38,007 nucleotides of DNA from Bdellovibrionia bacterium (GTDB lineage Bacteria > Bdellovibrionota > UBA1018): NCBI GenBank assembly GCA_049424145.1, contig JBMSSC010000009.1, positions 1-38,007 on the forward strand. The letters run 5' to 3'. The notes under the pieces were generated by a model that was not told where the DNA came from, did no database searches, and saw only the letters and a program-made list of their open reading frames with translations. Positions 1-8,959 of this stretch are shown in pieces (positions within the stretch are counted from its first letter, which is position 1; every line of letters starts with the position of its first letter). Both the position numbers and the translations under genes were made by a program.

Positions 1-2
1 AG

Positions 3-308
3 GATATGAGAGGTGACCTTTTTGGGGTTTTGATCCTGATTGATGAAGAGGCGTTTGACGCTTTTGTTTTTTAAACTGGCCCATTGAACCACAACGTTGA
101 TTTGGTCGGTGGATCCAACTTTTTCCATTTGGTTGATATTGAGGGCCCCAAAAGAGTCGAGGTTATTTTTACCATTCATAAAAGTAAGAAAGGTCCATTC
201 TTTTTCCTGGCGGGGAAGAGGATTGGATCGAGCCAGCGCGAATGAAACATTTGGATTCAAAAAAACAGCCAACACGAGGGTAATAAAAATGAAGAGTGGG
301 GTTCGCAT
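3..308 (-). CDS. Clostripain-family (C11) cysteine peptidase, secreted; N-terminal part only, continues beyond window start
   Basis: Not in the ORF track. My translation from ATG at 308 is MRTPLFIFITLVLAVFLNPNVSFA-LARSNPLPRQEKEWTFLTFMNGKNNLDSFGALNINQMEKVGSTDQINVVVQWASL..., open to the window edge. It has a signal peptide and a GGAGGAG RBS just upstream. The WTxxxxMNGxNNL...QMEKVGS..INVVVQ block resembles the N-terminus of clostripain-related peptidases. Confidence 0.75.
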   Translation of the reverse strand, partial: MRTPLFIFITLVLAVFLNPNVSFALARSNPLPRQEKEWTFLTFMNGKNNLDSFGALNINQMEKVGSTDQINVVVQWASLKNKSVKRLFINQDQNPKKVTSHI

Positions 309-376
309 GAGGCTCCTCCGTGAGTTTTGCGACCGAGATCCGGTTTTAGAATCGGATAGGATTAGAGTCTCATAAA

Positions 377-1600
377 TTAAACTAAATCTCTAAAAATAAT
401 TGATGCACTTGTCAAACAATTGTCACAGAGTCCGCAGAAATCGGGAAGACTTAAGGAGTGTTCGAAAAAACCTTCGAGATTTTTTCTCCGGCACAAAGAG
501 GACTGAAGAAAGCTTGCAACCTCAAGCGTTCGTTCCGCTTGAGAGGGAGAGGCAGGAGTGATCCATTCTTGAAGCCGAAAATCCTCTTCGGACCAAAGGA
601 TCAAGGCTGTGCTGCTTTGATCCAAGTTTCGGCTAGCTCGGCCCAGGGCTTGAACCAAGGAGAGCAGATTGCTCGGTGCTTGCCAAAGAATTACGTATCG
701 CAAGGTGGTGTAATTCATGCCCATGCCAAAGGCCGAAGTGGAGAAGATGACGTCCAGTTTTCCTTCCCGAATCTGGTTTTCAATGTTCCGGCGCTCCTCC
801 TGAAAGAGGCCGGCGTGGTAGAAGGCGGTTTTTTTTCCTGCGGCTAAAAAAAAGCGAGCCAGTTTCATGCTGGCCTCTCGCGTGGGAACGAAGATGATTC
901 CCGCGCCCGTTTGGGTTTCGATGAAGCGAAGAACGGCCGATAAGCGTTGAAGATAGGGGGTCTTCATCACTTGGATCATAAGACGAGGAGGAAGACCAAA
1001 GCGACCGGCTGAGAAAAAAGGTCTGGGGAGGCGCTGCTTGAGGTCCTCTTTTTCTCGCAGAGGGAGAGTCGCTGTGAGCCAAAGACTTTTTCGAATACAA
1101 GGCTGATGCGCCAGTTCGGGGAGCACCCCAAAAGCGGGACGAAACTCTTGTCCCCATTCCCAGATGCAGTGGCATTCATCCACAACGAGCATCTCAGGCT
1201 TCCACCAATCAACGGGACTGGGTTTTTGAACCGAGAATGAAGAAGGGGGATGTTTTTGGCGAGCGGAGTGGAGGTGCAAGGATTCTGGACTTAAAATCCA
1301 AACTCCGGATCGTTTTCTTCCTAAGATCTCCTGAGCCCGGTTGCGTCCAAAGTGGGCTGAGATGTTTTTGGCTCGAAGGGACTGGAGCTGTTGATGGGCG
1401 AGAGCCACCAGAGGCGTGATTAAAAGGACGCGTAAGGAGGCGCTCTGGGCCGCTGTTTCGTAAATCAGACTTTTGCCCGAGCCTGTGGGGGCAACACACA
1501 GGACATGAGAGGGCTCAGGGCTTTGAAGCTTAAGGAACTCGAGAGTTTGCTTTTGAAAGGGACGAAGAGCAATCACGGCGCGCCTCATTGCCAAAGGCAT
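377..1600 (-). CDS. recQ: RecQ-family ATP-dependent DNA helicase (short form)
   Basis: Walker A APTGSGKS, TPLVAL, DECH followed by the aromatic loop CIWEWGQEFRPAF, LTAT, YHAGL, AFGMGMN, and C-terminal Zn motif CRR...CGLCDNC. The start could be the ATG at 1588. Confidence 0.85.
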   Translation of the reverse strand: MPLAMRRAVIALRPFQKQTLEFLKLQSPEPSHVLCVAPTGSGKSLIYETAAQSASLRVLLITPLVALAHQQLQSLRAKNISAHFGRNRAQEILGRKRSGVWILSPESLHLHSARQKHPPSSFSVQKPSPVDWWKPEMLVVDECHCIWEWGQEFRPAFGVLPELAHQPCIRKSLWLTATLPLREKEDLKQRLPRPFFSAGRFGLPPRLMIQVMKTPYLQRLSAVLRFIETQTGAGIIFVPTREASMKLARFFLAAGKKTAFYHAGLFQEERRNIENQIREGKLDVIFSTSAFGMGMNYTTLRYVILWQAPSNLLSLVQALGRASRNLDQSSTALILWSEEDFRLQEWITPASPSQAERTLEVASFLQSSLCRRKNLEGFFEHSLSLPDFCGLCDNCLTSASIIFRDLV

Positions 1601-1623
1601 GCCGCAGTGATCCGAAAGCGGGC

Positions 1624-2724
1624 TTAAGTCTTAAGGTCAAGAGCCACAGCAGGCTCATGGCTTCGGAAGCGAAAGTAAACCAGACCTCCCAGGCTTCCTA
1701 AGGCAAGAGTGACACAAACATAGAGACTAAAAAAGTCCGCCCCTCGTTCTGAACCTAACAGATGAAAGAGGTAGAGAAACGCCACGTTGCCCGTGCCGAT
1801 TCCTCCGGGAGCCAGGGGAATGGCTGTGACTAAAAGACCGAGACCCAAAATCACATAAAGGGAAAGAAGAGAGAGGTGAGTTTCTCCTAAGGCCGAAGTG
1901 AGTTGAAAGCAGCTCCAGCCGACAACAAGGTGGATCAGCCCTGAGATGAGAAGACCTTGGATAACGATTTTTTTATGATGATGGTAGTGCCTCAGGCTTT
2001 CGTAAACTCGCGTGAAGGCAGAAAAAAGGGGCAGTCGTCGATCAATCCAGCGCAGAAGTTTGAGCAAGGGATCGTGTCGTTCCTTCATAAAAAAAAGGTA
2101 GCTGTAGAAAAATACAACGGACGTCGCAGCAAGTTCAATCATCCAAGTGAGGGTTTGAGGCAGTGGGGTATTTGAGGTCATGAGCAATTGAATGATGAGA
2201 GCGATACACGAGACGATGATTAAGGCGGAGAGTCCGGCAACGCGGTCAAATAAAATGGAACCCAAAGCTCGTGTGCTTTGCCCTTGGGTTTGTTTTCCGA
2301 TGTAGAAAATCTTCACAAAATCGCCACTCACTGCGCCTGGCAAAGCGAGGTTGAAGAAGTTCCCAATCCAGGAGAGCTGAAAGGTGCGCTTGAAGCTTTG
2401 GCGAATTCCTTGGGCATGCAAAAGCAAATGCCAACGAACTGCAGCCAAGCAATTGGCCAAAAGGAGGGCTAGCGCAGAAGGAAGGATAAACTCCCAGTGT
2501 TTTAGGGCTTCCCGAGTGGCTTCAGGCGAGAGGAAGCCTTTTTGAAATAAAAAGAAAAGTAGTCCAAAGACGAGCAAGACCTTGACGATCAGTTGGAGCA
2601 AGCTCTTGAGGGAGACTCGCAGGGGTTTTCGAGCTTTGGTCTTCTGATCTTTTTTTTTAAACCACTTTTTTCGAGGCGTTTGATGGGCAGTAGACTGGGT
2701 GGAGCGAGCAGAAGAGTTTTTCAT
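1624..2724 (-). CDS. Lysylphosphatidylglycerol synthase TM-domain / UPF0104 flippase-like membrane protein
   Basis: Multi-TM protein with RWHLLL, GNFFNLALPGAVSGDFVK, SILFDRVAGL and IPLAPGGIG, typical of the family. Confidence 0.85.
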   Translation of the reverse strand: MKNSSARSTQSTAHQTPRKKWFKKKDQKTKARKPLRVSLKSLLQLIVKVLLVFGLLFFLFQKGFLSPEATREALKHWEFILPSALALLLANCLAAVRWHLLLHAQGIRQSFKRTFQLSWIGNFFNLALPGAVSGDFVKIFYIGKQTQGQSTRALGSILFDRVAGLSALIIVSCIALIIQLLMTSNTPLPQTLTWMIELAATSVVFFYSYLFFMKERHDPLLKLLRWIDRRLPLFSAFTRVYESLRHYHHHKKIVIQGLLISGLIHLVVGWSCFQLTSALGETHLSLLSLYVILGLGLLVTAIPLAPGGIGTGNVAFLYLFHLLGSERGADFFSLYVCVTLALGSLGGLVYFRFRSHEPAVALDLKT

Positions 2725-3428
2725 AAATGGGATTTCCCTGAAGAAACGGGCAAAGTGAGGAAGTGGGTAAAGAGGCGTCGGGCCACTTCCGGATTGTAGA
2801 GTTCCTGACTTTTTTTAGGATGAAGCAGGGGAAGGTCTCGGTGGTTCCGCCTCTCATGAAACGTTTGTTCGGCTGAGGCGGGGGTCTTCTCGGGATGAAA
2901 CTGAATGCCGTAAATGGGCGCATGCTGGAGTCCAAACGCCTGGATGGCGCAACGCTCGGAGGATGCAAGCGCCACTGCATTGGGGGGGAGCTCGCACACT
3001 TCATCGAAGTGGGAAGAGAAGGAGTAAAAAGATGAGCCCAGTTCGCGCAGGAGGTCCGAGGGTTGGGTGATCTGGATTTTTGACCAACCGACTTCCGGGG
3101 TGCTGGATCGTCTGACGCACCGCTTTCCGCCCAAGGCTCGAGCAATCATTTGATGGCCAAAGCAGACGCCTAAGAGGGGTTTTTTTAAGTCCACGGCTGA
3201 GCAAATGAGATTGAGCAGGGCATGGACCCAGGGACTGTCGTCTTGCGCTGAGGTTTTCGATCCAGAAAGAACAATTCGATCAAAGGGCAGTAAGCTTTCA
3301 GGGAGGTCCTGTTCTGGGGCTCGTCGCGTGGTGATGCGAAGATCAGGCAGGAGCCTGAGGCTTTCTCTCAGATCTGCTGAGCCCCAAGAGGTGCGATCGA
3401 TTGTGCTATCGATGATCAGAACGTTCAT
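2721..3428 (-). CDS. Class I glutamine amidotransferase (stand-alone, GuaA-like domain)
   Basis: LSGS, nucleophile elbow LLGVCFGHQ, and QFHPE (Cys-His-Glu triad). ATGA overlap with the downstream gene. Confidence 0.9.
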   Translation of the reverse strand: MNVLIIDSTIDRTSWGSADLRESLRLLPDLRITTRRAPEQDLPESLLPFDRIVLSGSKTSAQDDSPWVHALLNLICSAVDLKKPLLGVCFGHQMIARALGGKRCVRRSSTPEVGWSKIQITQPSDLLRELGSSFYSFSSHFDEVCELPPNAVALASSERCAIQAFGLQHAPIYGIQFHPEKTPASAEQTFHERRNHRDLPLLHPKKSQELYNPEVARRLFTHFLTLPVSSGKSHL

Positions 3429-3434
3429 GGGACC

Positions 3435-4217
3435 TTAGGTCCCCGACGGCGGTTTTCGAATGTCGTCTTCAAATAGGTACGCATACTTTAAAAACATACT
3501 GTAAGCCGCATTGACCGAGATGATCAACCCTGCTTTTCCATCGAAGAAGCCTTTTTTTAGCACATAGGTTTCCAGGAACTTGCCTAGGGGCTTAAAGATG
3601 AGGCGGAGCAGACTTGCAGGCTTCCCCCGTCTTTGCAACTCTTGGGAACCCAAGTGGGAGAAGGTCAGATTGGTGAGAATCTGATCGCGAATGCTATTGA
3701 AGGCATAGTGATCCAGTGGGTGTTTGAGTCTTAGGGTGGGGCCCTGAACTTGCCATGCCTCATGGACTTGAGGCTCACTCCATTGGGCATAGCCCTTATG
3801 GGCCAAACGAACCAAGTAATTAGGGTACCACCCCCCATAGCGAATCCATTGGCCTAAGTAGTAGGTGCGTCGGGGAATGAAAAACCCCACGACCTGGGGA
3901 TTTTTTGGATCCAAGCGGCTGAGCTCGGCTTGAATCTCCTGCTTGAGCTCCGGTGAAACGCACTCATCGGCGTCTAAGTTCAGGACCCAGTCGTGTTGGG
4001 TCAGGCTTTGGGCATAGTTTTTTTGCTGCCCATAGCCCTGCCAGGCGTGAGTGACCACACGAGCACCGGCGGCTTGGGCTAAGGCGACGGTTTGGTCTGT
4101 GCTCCCCGAGTCCACAACTAAGACTTCCTGAGCCCAGCTCACGCTTTGGATTGCGCGAAGGATGTTTTTCTCCTCGTTAAGAGTGATGATCGTGACACTC
4201 AAGGGAACGTGTGACAT
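3435..4217 (-). CDS. Glycosyltransferase family 2 (LPS core beta-1,4-glucosyltransferase-like)
   Basis: LSVTIITLNEE, VVDSGSTD, GYGQQKN, WVLNLDADE, GGWYP and QVHE, typical of WaaE/KdtX/LgtF-like GT2. Confidence 0.9.
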   Translation of the reverse strand: MSHVPLSVTIITLNEEKNILRAIQSVSWAQEVLVVDSGSTDQTVALAQAAGARVVTHAWQGYGQQKNYAQSLTQHDWVLNLDADECVSPELKQEIQAELSRLDPKNPQVVGFFIPRRTYYLGQWIRYGGWYPNYLVRLAHKGYAQWSEPQVHEAWQVQGPTLRLKHPLDHYAFNSIRDQILTNLTFSHLGSQELQRRGKPASLLRLIFKPLGKFLETYVLKKGFFDGKAGLIISVNAAYSMFLKYAYLFEDDIRKPPSGT

Positions 4218-4284
4218 AAATTGGGGTGTTTCCAGTAATTAAGAACTAGCACAGGGTCGTAAAATTTGGGAGACATTATAGTCT

Positions 4285-5664
4285 ATGCAAATTGCAGTGA
4301 TTGGGACGGGTTATGTGGGTCTTGTGGCCGGGGCCTGTTTTGCAGATACGGGCAACACCGTGGTCTGCGTGGACCGGGATGAGGCTAAGATTGAAGCACT
4401 GAGTCAGGGAGAAATCCCGATTTTTGAGCCTGGATTAGACACCCTGGTGAATCGAGGGGTAGCCAACCAGAGGCTAAGCTTTACCACCTCCGTTGCTGAT
4501 GCGCTTCGTGAGTGTGAGGTCGTGTTTTTGGCCGTAGGGACGCCTTCACTTCCTAACGGGGAGCCCGATTTAAGTCAGCTTAAGGCGGCCTGTGAGCAAG
4601 TGGGGAAATCCTTAAGTCAGTATTGTCTGATCGTGAATAAATCGACGGTTCCTATCGGGACTCACTTAAAGACGGCCGAGTGGATTTCAAAGCACGCTCA
4701 GCATCCGTTTGATGTGGTCAGTAACCCGGAGTTCTTAAAAGAGGGGAGTGCGCTGGAGGATTTTCTCAAGCCAGATCGCGTGATTGTGGGAACTCATAAA
4801 GAATCCGTTTATCAAAAAATGGCCGAGCTCTATGCTCCCTTTGTGAGGCAGGGGAATCCTGTGATTTGGATGGATCCCACCTCAGCTGAAATCACCAAAT
4901 ATGCGTGTAACTCGTTTTTAGCGACACGGATCAGCTTTATGAATGAACTAGCGAATCTCTGTGATCGGGTGGGTGGGGATGTTGAAAAGGTCCGATCCGG
5001 CATGATCTCCGATGAGCGAATTGGAAAGCACTTTCTCTACGCCGGGGTGGGCTATGGGGGGTCGTGCTTTCCGAAAGATGTCAGAGCCCTGATTGCAAAA
5101 GCGCAGAGCCTCGGTCTTCCTCTGGGGATTGTCTCGGCCGCAGCAGAGGCCAATGAGCGACAAAAGCAGGTCTTAGTTGAAAAAGTGGATGCGTACTTCC
5201 AAAACGAGGGAGGGATCCAGGGAAAGACCTTTGCGATCTGGGGTCTTGCTTTTAAGCCCAATACGGATGACATGCGAGAAGCCCCCTCGTTAGTGGTCAT
5301 TGAGCAGTTACTTCAGCGAGGGGCCAAGGTTCAAGCGTATGATCCGGTGGCCATGAAAACGGCTTCTGCGATTTTGGGCAATCAGATCCAGTATGCTGAT
5401 ACGGCATTGGATGCCGTTGAGCACGCCGATGCGCTTTTGATCTTAACGGAATGGAACGAGTTTAAGCATCCGGACTTCGATGAGATTCGAGCTCGGATGA
5501 AGACTCCGCTGATCTGGGATGGGAGGAACTTGTATTCTCCTGCGCAGATGCGGCAAAAGGGGTTTGTGTACTTTGGGATTGGTCGGGGTCGAACCCCTTC
5601 TGGATCTCAGGGGGCTTCCCAAGTCGTGTCCTTGGAAAGCTTAGCTCCGGGGCCGCTGCTATGA
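4285..5664 (+). CDS. ugd: UDP-glucose 6-dehydrogenase
   Basis: GTGYVG Rossmann motif, AVGTP, NKSTVP, SNPEFLKEG, catalytic GYGGSCFPKD, GLAFKPNTDDMRE, DGRN. Confidence 0.95.
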   Translation: MQIAVIGTGYVGLVAGACFADTGNTVVCVDRDEAKIEALSQGEIPIFEPGLDTLVNRGVANQRLSFTTSVADALRECEVVFLAVGTPSLPNGEPDLSQLKAACEQVGKSLSQYCLIVNKSTVPIGTHLKTAEWISKHAQHPFDVVSNPEFLKEGSALEDFLKPDRVIVGTHKESVYQKMAELYAPFVRQGNPVIWMDPTSAEITKYACNSFLATRISFMNELANLCDRVGGDVEKVRSGMISDERIGKHFLYAGVGYGGSCFPKDVRALIAKAQSLGLPLGIVSAAAEANERQKQVLVEKVDAYFQNEGGIQGKTFAIWGLAFKPNTDDMREAPSLVVIEQLLQRGAKVQAYDPVAMKTASAILGNQIQYADTALDAVEHADALLILTEWNEFKHPDFDEIRARMKTPLIWDGRNLYSPAQMRQKGFVYFGIGRGRTPSGSQGASQVVSLESLAPGPLL

Positions 5665-5797
5665 AACTTGAGCACCAAGCGGTTACCGGGAGTCGAAAAT
5701 GGAGTCGATCCCGTCCCGATCAGGGAGTTTCTCGATTTTCCTTAAGGTTTCGGGTGAGTCCTGTTTTGAGCTCAATCTGCAGAGAGGGGCTGCCCGC

Positions 5798-6613
5798 ATG
5801 AGCTCTCAGGTGAGCACGTCCATCATCATTACCTCCTACAACCAAAGTCGTACTTTGCGGTTTTTGCTTTGCAGCTTGGATCGACAAACCGTCAGGGACT
5901 TTGAAGTCATTGTAGCGGATGACGGATCCAAAGACGAAACTGCGGCCTTGTGTCAGGAGAAGAGAACCTTTCCTCTGACTTGGGTGACTCAAGAGGATCT
6001 AGGCTACCGAAAAGCTAAGATCTTAAACCAAGCGCTTCGTCAAGCCCAAGGCGAGTACCTTTTGTTTTTAGACGCCGATGTCATCGTCGAGAAGCACTTT
6101 GTGGAGGATCACCTGAGTCTCAGAAAACCCGATCACTTCGTCTGTGGGCGACGCGTGGACTTAGGGCCCAACGTCAGTCGTCAGATTGTGCTCAGTCAAG
6201 TGGCCCAGGGGAAATTTGATCAGTTGAGCTTGGAGCTTCTTTGGAGTGGCCTTCAAAACGATTCGCTTGGGGTGAAGCGAGCCCTGAGGCTTCGCTCCGA
6301 TTGGATGAGAAGAGCCTTGGGGTATCATCGTCCGATTGACTTGTTAGGGAGTAATTTTAGTGCGTGGAAGGAAGATATTCTTCAGGTGAATGGCTTTAAT
6401 GAAGCCTTGGAATCCTATTGGGGAGAAGATGGAGACCTCTACATTCGGCTGAGAAACCAGGGGAAAAAAGCGATCAATGCCAAAGGTCTCTGTGTACAGT
6501 ATCATGTCTATCATCCCAGAAGACCCGTTTCTCTTGAGAATGAAAAGCGCTATCAGCTTTTACTTCAGGATGCGTCCTACCGTTGGGCTCAAGACGGGCT
6601 GATGAAGGCTTAA
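5798..6613 (+). CDS. Glycosyltransferase family 2
   Basis: SIIITSYNQ, VIVADDGS, GYRKAKILN, LFLDAD, GSNFS, VNGFNE, WGEDGDL. The start is more likely the ATG at 5798 (GAGGGG upstream) than the ORF-track 5699. Confidence 0.9.
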   Translation: MSSQVSTSIIITSYNQSRTLRFLLCSLDRQTVRDFEVIVADDGSKDETAALCQEKRTFPLTWVTQEDLGYRKAKILNQALRQAQGEYLLFLDADVIVEKHFVEDHLSLRKPDHFVCGRRVDLGPNVSRQIVLSQVAQGKFDQLSLELLWSGLQNDSLGVKRALRLRSDWMRRALGYHRPIDLLGSNFSAWKEDILQVNGFNEALESYWGEDGDLYIRLRNQGKKAINAKGLCVQYHVYHPRRPVSLENEKRYQLLLQDASYRWAQDGLMKA

Positions 6614-6674
6614 GGCTAACCCGCTTTTTCATCTGAAGTGGTTTTACTTTTGAGTTTCCTTCAAGGATGAGATG

Positions 6675-6764
6675 GCCCGCTGCTTCATGGGTCTGCATTG
6701 CCTGAGAGTTTCCGTGAAATTCTGAAACGCTCAGGCAATGGTCGAAAGAGGAGTGGCTGCGGGC
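6675..6764. repeat. Long imperfect inverted repeat / stem-loop between convergent genes
   Basis: Perfect 11-bp arms CATTGCCTGAG (6696-6706) and CTCAGGCAATG (6730-6740), inner GTTTC/GAAAC, outer GCCCGC (6675-6680) and GCGGGC (6759-6764). Confidence 0.6.
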
Positions 6765-6771
6765 TCAGCTC

Positions 6772-8946
6772 TTAATTTCCTAAATGAAGACGCTTGAGAA
6801 AAGCCTGTGCATTGGGTTTTCTGCCCAGGAAGTCCTCTAAGATCTGAAACCCGTCTTTCATTTTTCCCACTTCTAAGACTTTCCTTCGATACTCAAGTCC
6901 CACCTCAGGGTTTAAAAGCCCTTGAGCTTCAAACCGACTAAAGAGGTCTGAGGCATAGACTTCAGACCATAGGTAGCCATAGTAGCCCGCATCATAGCCG
7001 CCCATGAGATGACCGAAGCTGGCTTGAAAATGCGTGCGTTCGGAGGGTTTAATGCCCAGCGTGTCTTGGAAGATTTTCTTTAAAGTCTCAGTCGTGTCAA
7101 CTGGCCCGGAACTCGTATGATAGGTGAGGTCGAGCAGTGCCAAGAAGAGCTGTCGAGTGTAGGAGTATCCTTGGTTGAATTGTCGGGCTTCGATGATTTT
7201 CTCAATCCATAGGTCGGGAAGTTTTTTAGATGGATCGAGGTAGTGGCCTGAGATTTTCTTTAAAATCTCAGCCGAATAAACCCAGTTCTCAAACATCTGG
7301 GAAGGGGATTCTACGAAATCTCGATCCACTTTGGATCCCGAGAGGCTAGCATAGGGGGCTTGAGTTAAGGTCTGGTGCATGATGTGACCAAACTCGTGGA
7401 ATAGGGTGCGCACTTCTTCATGCTTCAGAAGCGAAGGTTTGCCTGCTTCAGGGGGGGTGAAGTTAGAGACAATGGCTGAGATGGGAAACTCATAGCCTGA
7501 GGGAGACTTTCTGCCGGATTTCAGGGTGAAGGCAGCGGCATGTCCATATTTACCGGAGCGAGGATAGAAGTCGGTGTAAAAATACCCGATGAAGCGTTGG
7601 GTCCCAGAATCTTGAATGCGGAAGAGGTGAACGTTCGGCGCCCAGGTTTTAGCTTGGGTTTCAAGCGTGAACTCCAAGCCTAGGACTTGAGAGAAGACCT
7701 CAAACATGGCTTGAACCACCGAGTCGGCTGGAAAGTACTCGCGGATTTTTTCATCATCCAGTTGGAAATGAGATTTTTTGACCTGATTCGAAAAGTAACG
7801 AATATCCCAGGGGTCAATTCCAACTGAGACGGAGGTTGAAGCAGCAGGAGTGCTCGATCCGCCTGCCTGGGTCTCGAGTTTCGATTTTAGCAGGAGTTTT
7901 AAGTCCTCTTGGTTTCGGCTAACGAGCTGCCCTTTGAGGTCAGTTAAGAAGCGCCTGACTTCAGCCGAGCTTTTGGCCATACGGGTGGAAGTTCGGTAAT
8001 CAGCCCACGTAGAAAATCCCAAGAGGGCTGCAATTTTCTGACGATGCTCAATGGCTTGCTCCAAGAGCTGAACGTTGTGAGGAGTGGCTCGATTCTCATA
8101 GGCTTCGAGCATCTTCTTGCGTGTGGCAGGTCGGCTTGCGTTTTCCATCACGCGAACGTAATCGGGTTCTTTTGTAGGAACGCAAACCTTCCCGTCGGCC
8201 GTTTTAGGGAGTCCTGCAAGGTAAGACTCCGAGACTCCTTGGAGCTCCGAGAGGGAGAACTCAACCTGGCTTTTCTCCTGATTGAGGTGGGTGCTAAATT
8301 GAGTTTCCAAGCTTGCTAGGTTTTGCTGAAGTACGCGGACCTGCTCGAGTTGATCATCGGGGAGTTTTAATCCGGACTCTTCGAAGGATTGAATGGTTTC
8401 CTCATACAGGCGCTTGAGTTGAGGCTCTTGAGGGATATGAGAGCCAATGGCCCGATACAGATCCTTTCGGGTCATTACGGAGATGAAGAACGTGCGCACT
8501 TTCTCCTCGCATTGTGAGGCCTCAGCACTGAGGCTTGCATCGGTTGAGACGTAAGCCATGAAGGTGAGCGGTTCTGTTTCGTCGCTGAACTCCGCTAGGA
8601 TTTGCTCAAAGGCAAGGAGTGTGTTTTGAGGGGTTCTTTGAGCCTCGGGGATTTGAGCCAGCGCATCGAGTTTTTTTTGAGTTTTACTTAAGGCTTGGCT
8701 GCAGAGCTGAGTGAGCTCATTTTTTCCATATTCAAACCGAATGAGCGGTTGATTCTGAGCTAAGGTTTGAGGGGGGTGGGAATTCATATCAGCACTCCTG
8801 GAGGGTTGAGAAAGGTTCATTTCAGAGGAAGGAGAAGTGGGGCGAGTCTTAAAAGCGGGGTCTTTTTTGGGGCTCGCTAGGGCAAGTTCAGGAGCCTGAC
8901 ACCAGTAGGTCAAAAAAGTGAGAGTCAATAAGAGAGCTATGTTCAT
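6772..8946 (-). CDS. M3A metallopeptidase (thimet oligopeptidase/neurolysin-like) with N-terminal signal peptide
   Basis: Zn motif FHEFGH, DFVESPSQMFENW, DFYPRSGKYGHAA, FGHLMGGYDAGYYGYLWSEV, and a hydrophobic N-terminus. Confidence 0.92.
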   Translation of the reverse strand: MNIALLLTLTFLTYWCQAPELALASPKKDPAFKTRPTSPSSEMNLSQPSRSADMNSHPPQTLAQNQPLIRFEYGKNELTQLCSQALSKTQKKLDALAQIPEAQRTPQNTLLAFEQILAEFSDETEPLTFMAYVSTDASLSAEASQCEEKVRTFFISVMTRKDLYRAIGSHIPQEPQLKRLYEETIQSFEESGLKLPDDQLEQVRVLQQNLASLETQFSTHLNQEKSQVEFSLSELQGVSESYLAGLPKTADGKVCVPTKEPDYVRVMENASRPATRKKMLEAYENRATPHNVQLLEQAIEHRQKIAALLGFSTWADYRTSTRMAKSSAEVRRFLTDLKGQLVSRNQEDLKLLLKSKLETQAGGSSTPAASTSVSVGIDPWDIRYFSNQVKKSHFQLDDEKIREYFPADSVVQAMFEVFSQVLGLEFTLETQAKTWAPNVHLFRIQDSGTQRFIGYFYTDFYPRSGKYGHAAAFTLKSGRKSPSGYEFPISAIVSNFTPPEAGKPSLLKHEEVRTLFHEFGHIMHQTLTQAPYASLSGSKVDRDFVESPSQMFENWVYSAEILKKISGHYLDPSKKLPDLWIEKIIEARQFNQGYSYTRQLFLALLDLTYHTSSGPVDTTETLKKIFQDTLGIKPSERTHFQASFGHLMGGYDAGYYGYLWSEVYASDLFSRFEAQGLLNPEVGLEYRRKVLEVGKMKDGFQILEDFLGRKPNAQAFLKRLHLGN

Positions 8947-8959
8947 CGTTTTTCCCCCT

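Noticed and set aside
97..375. ORF-track + strand 92-aa ORF
   Set aside because: It is the antisense shadow of the clostripain-like gene, which has an RBS, signal peptide and family-like motif.
6690..6715. Minus-strand AAACTCTCAGGCAA resembling the glycine riboswitch 3' motif
   Set aside because: The upstream GGAGA...CCGAAG elements are absent, and the site lies between two stop codons with no downstream gene to control.
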